NCBI GenBank assembly: GCA_051000395.1
Contig: JBPCOI010000078.1
Coordinates: 15,780 to 79,779, forward strand
DNA from: Jatrophihabitantaceae bacterium
GTDB taxonomy: Bacteria; Actinomycetota; Actinomycetes; Mycobacteriales; Jatrophihabitantaceae
Length of the DNA stretch: 64,000 bases
Direction of reading: 5' to 3'
The stretch's first letter is position 1. The number at the start of each line of letters is the position of its first letter. Position numbers and translations under genes: made by a program. Of this stretch, positions 10,778 through 19,478 are shown piece after piece. Below the pieces are notes generated by a model. That model had not been told where the DNA came from and ran no database searches. It worked only from the letters and a program-made list of their open reading frames with translations.

Positions 10778-11994
10778 TGCGGATCGTGCTCGTGCACCGC
10801 TACTTCTGGCCGGACACCCCGCCCTACGCGCACATCCTGCGCGAGCTCGCGCAGCACCTCGGGGCAGCCGGCCATCAGGTCACCGTGCTGAGCTGCCAGC
10901 CGTCCTACAACCGTGCCGTGGTCGCGAAGGCTCCTGCGCGCGAATGTCTGGCGCCCGGCGTCGAGGTGCGTCGCTGGCCGATTCTCCCGGATCGCCGCTT
11001 CGCCGCAGCCAAGGCCCTGAACCTGCTCTGGTTCTGCCTGCGGCTGCTGCTCGCCCGCCGAGGGCTGGGGCGGGTGGACGTGCTGATGGCCGCGTCGACG
11101 CCACCGATCGCGGTGGCGAAGTTGGGCGGCTGGCTCGCTCGCCGCAGCGGGGCGCGCTTCGTCTATCACAAGCAGGACATCTATCCAGAGGTGGTGACCG
11201 CGCCCGGAATCCTGCGCGACGGGCGGTGGGCCGCGCTGCTGCGCGCGCTGGACGCCCGCACCGAACGCGGTGCCGACCGCGTCGTCGTCCTGTCCGAGGA
11301 CATGGCCGCCACCGTCGCCGCCCGCGGCGTCGCGCCGGACCGGATCACGGTGATCAACAACTTCGACCCGTGGCTGCTCGATGAGCGCGCCGAACCGCCC
11401 CGCAGCACCGATCGGCCGAGCGGGCCGCTCCACGTGGTATTCGCCGGCAACCTCGGCCGGTTCCAGAACCTGGAGAACGTCTTCGAGGCCGCCACCCTGC
11501 TCCGCGGCGAGGACGGCGTCGCGTGGCACTTCTTCGGCACCGGCGCGCTGGCCGCCCAACTCGAAGAACAGGTGTGCTCCCGCGGTTTGCGCAACGTCCA
11601 ACTGCACGGCTACCGCCCGCCGGCGGAGGTCGCCGAGTTCCTGCGCACGAGGGCGGACGTCGGCATCGTGTCGCTGATGCCGGGCGTCATCCGGGCCGCG
11701 TACCCGAGCAAGACGATGTCCTACCTGCGGCAGGGTTGTCCGGTGCTCGCGCTCGTCGAGGCCGACAGCGAGCTGGCCCGTGACATCGAGGCGGCCGGCT
11801 CCGGGCTGCAGGTCGATCCCACCGACCCGGGCGCCCTCGCGTCCACCCTGCGCCGGCTTGCGGCCAATCCGGCGGAGCTGTCCGGCGCCGGGCGGCGCGC
11901 CGCTCAGCTCTACGAGCGCCGGTTCGGCCCCGCCGGACAGCTGGCTCGGTGGACACAGCTGTTCGATGAACTCGGCGAACGTAGGCCGACATGA
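10777..11994 (+). CDS. GT4 glycosyltransferase, WbuB-like (candidate L-FucNAc transferase)
   Basis: ATG 10777 overlaps the fnlC stop (TGATG). MRIVLVHRYFWPDTPPYAHILRELAQHLGAAGHQVTVL N-terminus and PSKTMSYLRQGCPVLA donor-binding region. Its position after fnlC mirrors fnlC-wbuB in O-antigen clusters. Confidence 0.82.
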   Translation: MRIVLVHRYFWPDTPPYAHILRELAQHLGAAGHQVTVLSCQPSYNRAVVAKAPARECLAPGVEVRRWPILPDRRFAAAKALNLLWFCLRLLLARRGLGRVDVLMAASTPPIAVAKLGGWLARRSGARFVYHKQDIYPEVVTAPGILRDGRWAALLRALDARTERGADRVVVLSEDMAATVAARGVAPDRITVINNFDPWLLDERAEPPRSTDRPSGPLHVVFAGNLGRFQNLENVFEAATLLRGEDGVAWHFFGTGALAAQLEEQVCSRGLRNVQLHGYRPPAEVAEFLRTRADVGIVSLMPGVIRAAYPSKTMSYLRQGCPVLALVEADSELARDIEAAGSGLQVDPTDPGALASTLRRLAANPAELSGAGRRAAQLYERRFGPAGQLARWTQLFDELGERRPT

Positions 11995-12767
11995 ACGCCC
12001 GCCGCTCCGCCCGTCCGGCCTCTGCGACGGCTCAGGCGTTCGACCGGGTGCTCGCCGCAATCGGTCTGCTCGCGTCGAGCCCGCTGTCGGCACTGGCGGC
12101 CGTCGCGATCAAGCTCTCGAGTGAGGGACCGATTCTGTACCGCGCGTCGCGCGTGGGTCAGGGTGGACGGTTGTTCACCATGTTCAAGTTCCGCACCATG
12201 CACGTAGAGCGCGCCGGCCAGGCTGCCGTGATCACCGGAGCGGACGACCCGCGCGTGTTCCCGGCCGGCCGGGTGCTGCGCCGGTTCAAGATCGACGAAC
12301 TGCCCCAGCTGGTCAACGTGGTCCGCGGCGACATGGCGCTCGTCGGGCCGCGGCCGGAGGAGCCGTCGATCGTGCGCGAGCACTACGAACCCTGGATGCA
12401 CGAGACGCTCTGCGTCGCGCCGGGTATCGCCAGTCCCGGCAGCCTCGCGTACTACGCCGACGAGGCGGCACTGCCGCAGGATGCCGGCGAGGCGCAACGC
12501 AGGTATCTCTCCGAGGTGCTAGCCGGCAAACTCGCACTGGAACTCGTGTACGTACGCAACCGGTCATGGCGTTACGACGTCGAACTCGTGCTGCGCGCGC
12601 TGGCGGCGATCCTCGGCAGGCGCGACGTGTTCCCGGCACGCCAGGCCTGGGAACGGGCCGAGGCGAAGCGCCTGGCCGACACGTGGCACTGTTACCCGAA
12701 GCCGGGCGCGGAAGGCGACGTCGAATCGAACGCCGCCGCGCGCCCCCGCGGCGAGGCGGGCGGATGA
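11991..12767 (+). CDS. Initiating phosphoglycosyl transferase (bacterial sugar transferase, PglC/WbaP-C type)
   Basis: ATGA overlap with the previous gene. One N-terminal hydrophobic helix. PILYRASRVGQGGRLFTMFKFRTM and DELPQLVNVVRGDMALVGPRPE signatures. Confidence 0.9.
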   Translation: MNARRSARPASATAQAFDRVLAAIGLLASSPLSALAAVAIKLSSEGPILYRASRVGQGGRLFTMFKFRTMHVERAGQAAVITGADDPRVFPAGRVLRRFKIDELPQLVNVVRGDMALVGPRPEEPSIVREHYEPWMHETLCVAPGIASPGSLAYYADEAALPQDAGEAQRRYLSEVLAGKLALELVYVRNRSWRYDVELVLRALAAILGRRDVFPARQAWERAEAKRLADTWHCYPKPGAEGDVESNAAARPRGEAGG

Positions 12768-13648
12768 CACCGCGGCACGTCGTCCTCGTCGGCGCGGCAC
12801 GGTCCGGGACGAAGATCCTGCGCGAGGCACTCGCCGCCTCCTCGGGTTCGGGGCGGGTGCCCTACGACATCGGCTACGTGTGGCGCTACGGCAACGAGGG
12901 ACACCCGGACGACGCGTTGCGCCCGGAGTGCTCGAGCGAGAAGTCCGCCCGCTTCATCCGTCACTTCGTCGACCGTTACGCCGACGGGCAGCCGAGCGCA
13001 GTCATCGAGAAGACGGTGGGCAACACGCTGCGGATCCCGTTCGTCGCCGAGGTGTTGCCCGACGCCAGCTACGTCCACCTGATCCGCAACGGGGTGGACG
13101 TCATCGAGTCCACCCGCCGCCAGTGGACCGAACCCACCGACGTCCGGTACCTGCTCGCGAAGGCCCGGCACTTCCCGCTGCGCCTGGTGCCCGGTTACGG
13201 CGTGAAGTACCTCCAGTCACTAGCTCGGCGCCGCACCAGCGCCGAGCGGCGGGTCGGTTCGTGGGGACCCCGCTACCCCGGGATCGATGACGACCTGCGC
13301 CACGAGGACCTACTCACCGTCTGCGCCCGCCAGTGGCGCACCGCCGTGACGCAGGCGCGCGCCGACCTCGGCCGCCTCACGGCGCCGGTGACCGAGATCC
13401 GCTACGAGCGGCTGGTGCAGGATCCACGCGCCGAGCTGACGCGGCTGGTCGACTTCCTCGATCTCGACGTGTCCGCGGCCGGGCTCGCTGCTGCAGCCGC
13501 GTCCATCACGCCGGAGCGCCAGGACATCGGACGTTGCTCGCTGGACGCCGGGGAACTCGCCGTCGTGCAACGCGAAGCCGGGTCGCTGCTGGCCCATCTC
13601 GACTACCCCGCAGCGCTGGTCGAGAACGGCCCCCGTCACGAGCGCTGA
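12764..13648 (+). CDS. Sulfotransferase family protein (1 of 3)
   Basis: ATG 12764 in ATGA overlap with the previous stop. 5'-PSB loop VGAARSGTK. 3'-PB-like HLIRNGVDVIES. Confidence 0.75.
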   Translation: MTPRHVVLVGAARSGTKILREALAASSGSGRVPYDIGYVWRYGNEGHPDDALRPECSSEKSARFIRHFVDRYADGQPSAVIEKTVGNTLRIPFVAEVLPDASYVHLIRNGVDVIESTRRQWTEPTDVRYLLAKARHFPLRLVPGYGVKYLQSLARRRTSAERRVGSWGPRYPGIDDDLRHEDLLTVCARQWRTAVTQARADLGRLTAPVTEIRYERLVQDPRAELTRLVDFLDLDVSAAGLAAAAASITPERQDIGRCSLDAGELAVVQREAGSLLAHLDYPAALVENGPRHER

Positions 13649-13676
13649 GCGTCATCGCAGCCGTACCCCTCAACCC

Positions 13677-13682
13677 TAGGAT
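13677..13682 (+). promoter_or_regulatory. -10 hexamer TAGGAT, 6 nt before GTG 13689 (leaderless-type promoter)
   Basis: TAGGAT-gcacac-GTG. There is no RBS in the 40-nt gap after the previous gene. The same TAGGAT-N6-GTG arrangement recurs at 26680 and 36123. Confidence 0.4.
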
Positions 13683-13688
13683 GCACAC

Positions 13689-14780
13689 GTGCCACGACCC
13701 TCCACTCCGCCCGGGCGGGTGATCCTGTGCGGCGCGGTGCACGAGGCTGCGCCCACCCTGGACGCGTTGCTCGCCAGCGAGCTGGCCGACGTGGTCGCCG
13801 TCGTCACCGCATCGGAACAGGGCCTGCGGGGGTTGGCCGGCCCCGTGGACCTGGCCACCCCGGCCCGCGCCGCGGGCGCGGCGGTGATCCGCACCGACGA
13901 CGTCAACGATCCCGACATCGTTGCCCAGTTGAGCGCGCTACAGCCCGACCTGCTCGTCGTCGTGGGCTGGACGCGTCTGATCGGCGCCGAGCTGCTCGCG
14001 GTGCCGCGGCGCGGATGCGTCGGATTCCATGCCTCCCTGCTGCCCCGGCACCGCGGTCGCGCTCCGGTCAATTGGTCGATCCTGCGCGGGGAGACGGTCA
14101 CCGGCAACACGATGATGCTTCTCGACCCCGGCGCCGACACCGGCGACATTGTCGATCAACGCAGCACGGCCGTCACCGCCGAGGACACCTGCGCGACGGT
14201 GTACGTGCGAGTCGCCGAACTCGGCGTCCAGATGCTGCGCGATCACCTGCCCGCCCTGCTCGCGGGCACGGCGCCGCGCCGGCGACAGGATCCGGCGCAG
14301 GGCGACATCCTGCCCAAGCGGACTCCGGCCATGGGCGTCATCGACTGGGCCCGTCCGCCGCGAGATGTACACAACTGGGTGCGTGCCCTCACCGCGCCCT
14401 ATCCTGGCGCCTTCGGGGACTGGAACGGGCGGCAGGTGATGATCTGGCGCACCCGAGTGCCCGAGCCACACGCGCACTGCGGCAACGATCCCGGCCTGGT
14501 CCTGGACGTCGACGACGCCGGGATGCAGGTCGCAACCGCGGGAGGATTGGTGACGGTAACCAGCATGTCGTGGGCGGAGCAGACGCCGACAGCGGCGCCC
14601 GCGTGGTGCGCGGCGAACGGCCTGGGTCCCGGGGCGCGCTTCGGCCTGCCGGCGCCGGAACTGGCGCGGTGGGCGCGCGGCGAAGGACCGCGTCCACAAC
14701 CACAGGGCGTGCACGATGCGTCCGGCCCACGCGAATCGGCCGGCCGCCTTCGCGCGGACACTCAGCGGTCCGGCACATGA
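13689..14780 (+). CDS. Formyltransferase (Fmt/ArnA-N/sugar N-formyltransferase family)
   Basis: GFHASLLPRHRGRAPVNWSIL (HxSLLPxxRG) and DTGDIV catalytic Asp region. C-terminal Fmt-like domain. Confidence 0.85.
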   Translation: MPRPSTPPGRVILCGAVHEAAPTLDALLASELADVVAVVTASEQGLRGLAGPVDLATPARAAGAAVIRTDDVNDPDIVAQLSALQPDLLVVVGWTRLIGAELLAVPRRGCVGFHASLLPRHRGRAPVNWSILRGETVTGNTMMLLDPGADTGDIVDQRSTAVTAEDTCATVYVRVAELGVQMLRDHLPALLAGTAPRRRQDPAQGDILPKRTPAMGVIDWARPPRDVHNWVRALTAPYPGAFGDWNGRQVMIWRTRVPEPHAHCGNDPGLVLDVDDAGMQVATAGGLVTVTSMSWAEQTPTAAPAWCAANGLGPGARFGLPAPELARWARGEGPRPQPQGVHDASGPRESAGRLRADTQRSGT

Positions 14781-15445
14781 GCACGGTGGTGGTGGTGGCC
14801 GCCCACCCCGACGACGAGGTACTGGGCTCCGGCGGCACGCTCGCCCGGCACGTCGCTCAGGGCGACGAGGTCCATGCCGTCGTACTGTCCGACGGCGCGA
14901 CCAGCCGCTATCCGAGCGAGATGACGGGTGTGCTTGCCGAGTCGGCGCACAAGGCGGCTGCGGTGCTCGGTCTCGCCTCGGTGCGCGTGGGCGAGCTGCC
15001 CGACCAGCGGCTGGACACGGTGCCGCTCATCGAGGTGACGAACCAGGTCGAAGCCGTGCTGGACGAGCTGCGACCCGAGTTCGTGTACACGCACTTCCCC
15101 GGCGACGCGAACGTCGACCACGGCCTGACCGCCCGGGCTACCTGGACCGCGTGCCGCCCGTACGTCGTGCCGCGGCTACGGCGCTTCGCTGTGTTCGAAA
15201 CCCCGTCGTCCACCGAGTGGGCGTGGCCGCTCGCTGACGGAACGTTTCGTCCGGCGCTGTTCGTGGACGTCTCCGACACGCTGAACGACAAGCTCGCCGC
15301 GATGGAGTGCTACCAGAGCGAGCTGCGTGACTACCCGCATCCTCGGTCACTGCGCGCGTTAACCGAACGAGCCGCCTTCTGGGGAAGCAAGGTGGGCTGT
15401 GCCGCGGCCGAACCCTTTCAGGTGTTGCGTGAGGTCGAGCGGTGA
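14777..15445 (+). CDS. PIG-L/LmbE family N-acetyl-sugar deacetylase
   Basis: ATG 14777 in ATGA overlap. VVVVAAHPDDEVLGSGGTL motif. HFPGDANVDH metal-binding region. Confidence 0.85.
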   Translation: MSTVVVVAAHPDDEVLGSGGTLARHVAQGDEVHAVVLSDGATSRYPSEMTGVLAESAHKAAAVLGLASVRVGELPDQRLDTVPLIEVTNQVEAVLDELRPEFVYTHFPGDANVDHGLTARATWTACRPYVVPRLRRFAVFETPSSTEWAWPLADGTFRPALFVDVSDTLNDKLAAMECYQSELRDYPHPRSLRALTERAAFWGSKVGCAAAEPFQVLREVER

Positions 15446-15526
15446 GCAGCCCACCTCGCCGGCCAACTAGGCTACCCGCGAAAACGTCAGGCGATCTTGC
15501 CGAGAACCGATGCGAGGACTGAGTAC

Positions 15527-16267
15527 ATGGCTTCACCATCCACGGGGCGAACGAAGCTGCGCTACCGATGGTCGCACCGCAGTAGAGTTCACCGCGCTGT
15601 CGTCCGGAGCGCCAACCGCGTCCTGCCGCTCGTGCCATTCAAGCTGAAGTACGCCGCAACCGACGCCGTACGTAACCACAACCTTCCTTATCGCCTGCTC
15701 GAATCGACATCGGTGGCGATCCAGGTCGGGGCACCGAGGGACACCCTGCGGTCGGGGCGCTCACGGGCGATGGCGTTCGCGCGGCGCACGCGTCCGAACG
15801 GCAGATTGCTCGTCGTCGAGCCCGATGCGACGAGTTCGGCTGAGTTCCGCCGCACCGCCGAACGGCAGGGCATGGACCATGTCGTCGTGATCACCGCCGC
15901 GGCGTGGAATGAACGCAGCACCCTCGCGATCGAAATCGACCCCCAGCACCCGGCGACGAATTTCACCTCCGGCGCGGCGACTTACAGCGCCGAGGAGATG
16001 ACGCGCTTTCGCGAGGTCACCGTCGATGCTGTACCCGTGGACGAACTGATCGAGGAAGCCGGACTCGGTCACGTCGACCTCGTCAGCATCACGACCAACG
16101 GTGCCGAGCGGGAGATCCTGGCGGGACTCAAGCGCACCCTCGAACGCGACCGGCCCTACGTCTGCCTCGCGCGCACCGAGGATTCCTACTCCGAGCTGAT
16201 GGCCAATCTGGGTTACCAGCTGCTCGGTCAAGACGATCGCGGCTTCACGTTTCGGCACGGGGGCTGA
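15527..16267 (+). CDS. FkbM-family methyltransferase
   Basis: ATG 15527 with GAGGA upstream. LLVVEPDATS... and HVDLVSITTNGAEREILAGL correspond to the FkbM IDLLKIDVEGAE block. Confidence 0.7.
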   Translation: MASPSTGRTKLRYRWSHRSRVHRAVVRSANRVLPLVPFKLKYAATDAVRNHNLPYRLLESTSVAIQVGAPRDTLRSGRSRAMAFARRTRPNGRLLVVEPDATSSAEFRRTAERQGMDHVVVITAAAWNERSTLAIEIDPQHPATNFTSGAATYSAEEMTRFREVTVDAVPVDELIEEAGLGHVDLVSITTNGAEREILAGLKRTLERDRPYVCLARTEDSYSELMANLGYQLLGQDDRGFTFRHGG

Positions 16268-16272
16268 GCTCG

Positions 16273-17181
16273 GTGCTACCACAATTCCTGGTGATCGGCG
16301 CGATGAAGGCCGGTTCGACGACCATCTACGAGGACTTGCGCGCCCATCCGCAGATCTTCCTGATCGAGAAGGAACTGGACAGCTTCAATTCGCCGAGCAT
16401 CTCGACACCGACGGGACGGGCTCGATACGAGCAGCTGTTCGCGAAAGCCGCTCCGGGCCAGCTCCGGGGCGACGTGTCAGCCACCTACGCGAAACTGCCC
16501 GAGACCGACGGGCTCGCAGAGCGGGCCGCCACGGTGCTCGGCAGCGATTTCCAGGTGGTCTACAGCGTGCGAAATCCGGTGGACCGGGTGGTCAGCCAGC
16601 ACCACCACGAATACATGCGGGGAAAGATCACCCAGGCCTCGATCGACGACGCGGTACGAGAGGTGCCTCGGCTCATCTCGTACTCGAAATACGCCTACCA
16701 GCTCCGGCCGTTCGTGGACGCCGTCGGGCCTGAGAACGTGCACCTGATCAGGTTCGAGGACTACACGGCAGACCGGGCAACCGGCCTCGGCCGCCTGCTG
16801 GACTTTCTCGGCGTCGATCGAATCGTCGACGGTGCCGACCTCGACCGGGCCCACAACGTGAGCGAGGGCCTGCACATCGGTACCGGCCGGATCTGGCAGC
16901 TGACGCGCTCGGCAGCATACCGTCGAGCCCTTCGCCCGTTGATGCCCGAAAGGGTGCGCAAGCTGGGTCGCCGGGCCCTGCTGCCGACGGCACCTCCCCG
17001 GCCGGCGCCGCCGTCGCCCGCCACGGTCGATCGGATCATCGACGCCGTGGCCTCGGACCTGGACGCGTTGCGTTCGTCGTCCGTCGCGGTTCCGGAGCTG
17101 TGGGACCTGGAAGCCACCAGGCAGCGGTACCTGACCATCGCCGCGCGCTCAGACGAGCAGGTGCTGCCCCGCTCGGATTAG
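16273..17181 (+). CDS. Sulfotransferase domain protein (2 of 3)
   Basis: 5'-PSB loop FLVIGAMKAGSTT. 3'-PB motif VYSVRNPVDRVVSQ. Confidence 0.8.
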   Translation: MLPQFLVIGAMKAGSTTIYEDLRAHPQIFLIEKELDSFNSPSISTPTGRARYEQLFAKAAPGQLRGDVSATYAKLPETDGLAERAATVLGSDFQVVYSVRNPVDRVVSQHHHEYMRGKITQASIDDAVREVPRLISYSKYAYQLRPFVDAVGPENVHLIRFEDYTADRATGLGRLLDFLGVDRIVDGADLDRAHNVSEGLHIGTGRIWQLTRSAAYRRALRPLMPERVRKLGRRALLPTAPPRPAPPSPATVDRIIDAVASDLDALRSSSVAVPELWDLEATRQRYLTIAARSDEQVLPRSD

Positions 17182-17189
17182 CGCCCGGG

Positions 17190-18260
17190 TCAGTGGCGGG
17201 TCCGACCTGGTGTCAGTGCCTGGAAAATGTCGAGAAATGCACGCGCGTTGTCCTCCCAGGTGACCGGCCAGGTCCAGGGTTTGCTTCCCGGTGACCAGCG
17301 GCCGAGACCTTCGCGGATCACGTCTGCCAGCGCTGCCGTATCGCCGACCGGTACGAAGCTCGCGTTGCCTTGCGTTACCTCGCGGTGCGCCGGCAGATCG
17401 CTCAGCACCAGCGGGCAACCAACCGAACCTGCTTCTGCGGGCGTCATCGAGAACGACTCGAGGCCGGACATCAGCACCATTGCCGTCGCCCGTTCGTAGA
17501 TCCACTTGAGCTGTCGGCGATTCCCCACCCAACCGAGGTGGACGAGCTTGTCGGCGTGGATTCCGGCGAGCTGCCGGTGCTCCTCGACTTGTGTAGCGGT
17601 ATAGCCGCCGACAAGCACGAGATGCACGCCGTCCGAGGACCCCTCCTGTGACCGGGCCCAGCCGCTGACCACGTCGCTGACGCGCTTGTGCGGAGCCGCG
17701 CTCGCCACCGAGAGCAGGTACCTCTCGGGCAGGTGCTCGAACGGCACAGCGGCCTGCGGCCAATCCGGCGCCCCGCTGTGGATCACGCGCAGCTTGTGCT
17801 CGACACTCGGAACCGTGTCGACGACCTCCGCAGCCATGGACTCGGAAATGGCCACGACCACGTCGGCGCGGCGCATCGCCCAATGGTTGGCCTTCACCTT
17901 CCAGAACGGCCGTGACGCTACCGTCTCCGGCAGCTGCAAACCCACTCCGTAATAGTTGGGGTTGTGCAGGGTCAGCACGATCGGGGCACGGCTCGCCATC
18001 GGCGCGAAGTTCGCCGGGCAGTAGAGCACGTCGGCTCGTCGAAATGGCAACTGGACCTGCTCGTAGGCAAAGCGACGGGGCACGGAACCGACAGCAATCC
18101 GCTCGACCGCCCCCGGGAACGCGGTGTCCTTGATCCAGGGCGACACCAGCGTGTGCAGATCCAGGCTGGTGTCGACGCGGGCCAGCGCTGTCAGCTGCTG
18201 CTGCAGATACGTCACGCCGCCCCCGTGGCGCAGCGGCAGCGCGTTGACGAGAATCCGCAT
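17190..18260 (-). CDS. GT4 glycosyltransferase
   Basis: MRILVNALPLRHGGGVTY N-terminus. C-terminal Glycos_transf_1-like region (MSGLESFSMTPAEAGSVGCPLVLSD). Converges on the previous gene with only 8 nt between stops. Confidence 0.85.
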   Translation of the reverse strand: MRILVNALPLRHGGGVTYLQQQLTALARVDTSLDLHTLVSPWIKDTAFPGAVERIAVGSVPRRFAYEQVQLPFRRADVLYCPANFAPMASRAPIVLTLHNPNYYGVGLQLPETVASRPFWKVKANHWAMRRADVVVAISESMAAEVVDTVPSVEHKLRVIHSGAPDWPQAAVPFEHLPERYLLSVASAAPHKRVSDVVSGWARSQEGSSDGVHLVLVGGYTATQVEEHRQLAGIHADKLVHLGWVGNRRQLKWIYERATAMVLMSGLESFSMTPAEAGSVGCPLVLSDLPAHREVTQGNASFVPVGDTAALADVIREGLGRWSPGSKPWTWPVTWEDNARAFLDIFQALTPGRTRH

Positions 18261-18276
18261 GATCGAGCCCGGTTAG

Positions 18277-19467
18277 TTATCGCGCGTTCGTGGCGGCGGC
18301 AATCGTCGCGTCGATGACGCGAGCCACGTCGCCGTCTGACATCGCGCTGTAGATCGGCAGCGAGACCACGCGCCGGAACTGCGCCGTGGCCACCGGGAAG
18401 TCCTCCGGCGCATAGCCGTACTCGGACACGTAGTAACTGTGCAGGTGCAAGGGGATGAAGTGCACCGACGTCCCGATCCCGGCGGCATTGAGCTCCTCGA
18501 TGAAGCGGTCGCGTCCGATCGGCGCCCAGTCGTTGAGCCGCAGCAGATACAGGTGCCACGAGGTCTGCACGCCGTCGGGGACCGTCGGGCATTCGAGCGC
18601 ATCCAGCCTTGCGAACGCCCTCGTGTACGCCGCTGCGATCTCGGCGCGTCGGGCACTCATCTGCTCGGCACGCGACAGCTGGACGATGCCCAGCGCGGCC
18701 GCCAGGTCGGTGAGGTTGTACTTGTAACCGGCCGCGACGATGTCGTAGGCCCAGCTGCCGCCCTCGGCGTAGCGCGTCCACGCCTGCCGGCTCAGGCCGT
18801 GCAGGCTCATCGAGCGCGCGCGGTCCGCGACGTCCTGGTCCTCGGTGACGAGCATGCCACCCTCGCCAGTGGTGATCGTCTTCGTTGCGTAGAAGGAGAA
18901 GCAGGCGGTGCCCGGGATATCCCCGGGAAGGCTGCCGACCGGGCGGCCTCGGTAGGCGGACGGGAACGCGTGAGCGGCGTCCTCGACGACCGCCAGGCCG
19001 CTGTCGCGGGCCAGCGCCCAGATAGCGTCCATGTCGCACGGGACACCGGCGATGTGCACCGGGACGATCGCCCGCGGCCGCCCCTGGCGAGCGTCCAACC
19101 GAGCCTCGACGGCCTCGCGCAGCCGGCCCGGATCGAGATTGAGCGTGACCGGGTCGATGTCGACGAAGACCGGGGTGGCGCCGAGATAGCGCACCACCTC
19201 CGCCGTGGCCGCGAAGGTGTACGGCGACATGAACACTAGGTCGCCGGGGCGGACGTCGAGAGCCTCCAGGCTCAGGTGCAGGGCAGCGGTGCACGAGTTG
19301 AGCGCGACGGCGTGGGTGGCGCCCACCGATGCGGCGAACTCCTCCTCGAAGCGCCGGGCCTGCTGGCCGGTCGTCAGCCAGCGCGACTTCAGCACGTCGA
19401 CGACGGCATCGATCTCGCGCTGCCCGATATCGGGGACAGCGAACGGCAGCGGCTTGTCGGACGTCAT
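18277..19467 (-). CDS. DegT/DnrJ/EryC1 PLP-dependent sugar aminotransferase
   Basis: FAVPDIGQREIDAVVDVLKSRWLTTG, and SFYATKTITTGEGGML containing the PLP lysine. Confidence 0.92.
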   Translation of the reverse strand: MTSDKPLPFAVPDIGQREIDAVVDVLKSRWLTTGQQARRFEEEFAASVGATHAVALNSCTAALHLSLEALDVRPGDLVFMSPYTFAATAEVVRYLGATPVFVDIDPVTLNLDPGRLREAVEARLDARQGRPRAIVPVHIAGVPCDMDAIWALARDSGLAVVEDAAHAFPSAYRGRPVGSLPGDIPGTACFSFYATKTITTGEGGMLVTEDQDVADRARSMSLHGLSRQAWTRYAEGGSWAYDIVAAGYKYNLTDLAAALGIVQLSRAEQMSARRAEIAAAYTRAFARLDALECPTVPDGVQTSWHLYLLRLNDWAPIGRDRFIEELNAAGIGTSVHFIPLHLHSYYVSEYGYAPEDFPVATAQFRRVVSLPIYSAMSDGDVARVIDATIAAATNAR

Positions 19468-19478
19468 CGCGCCCTAAC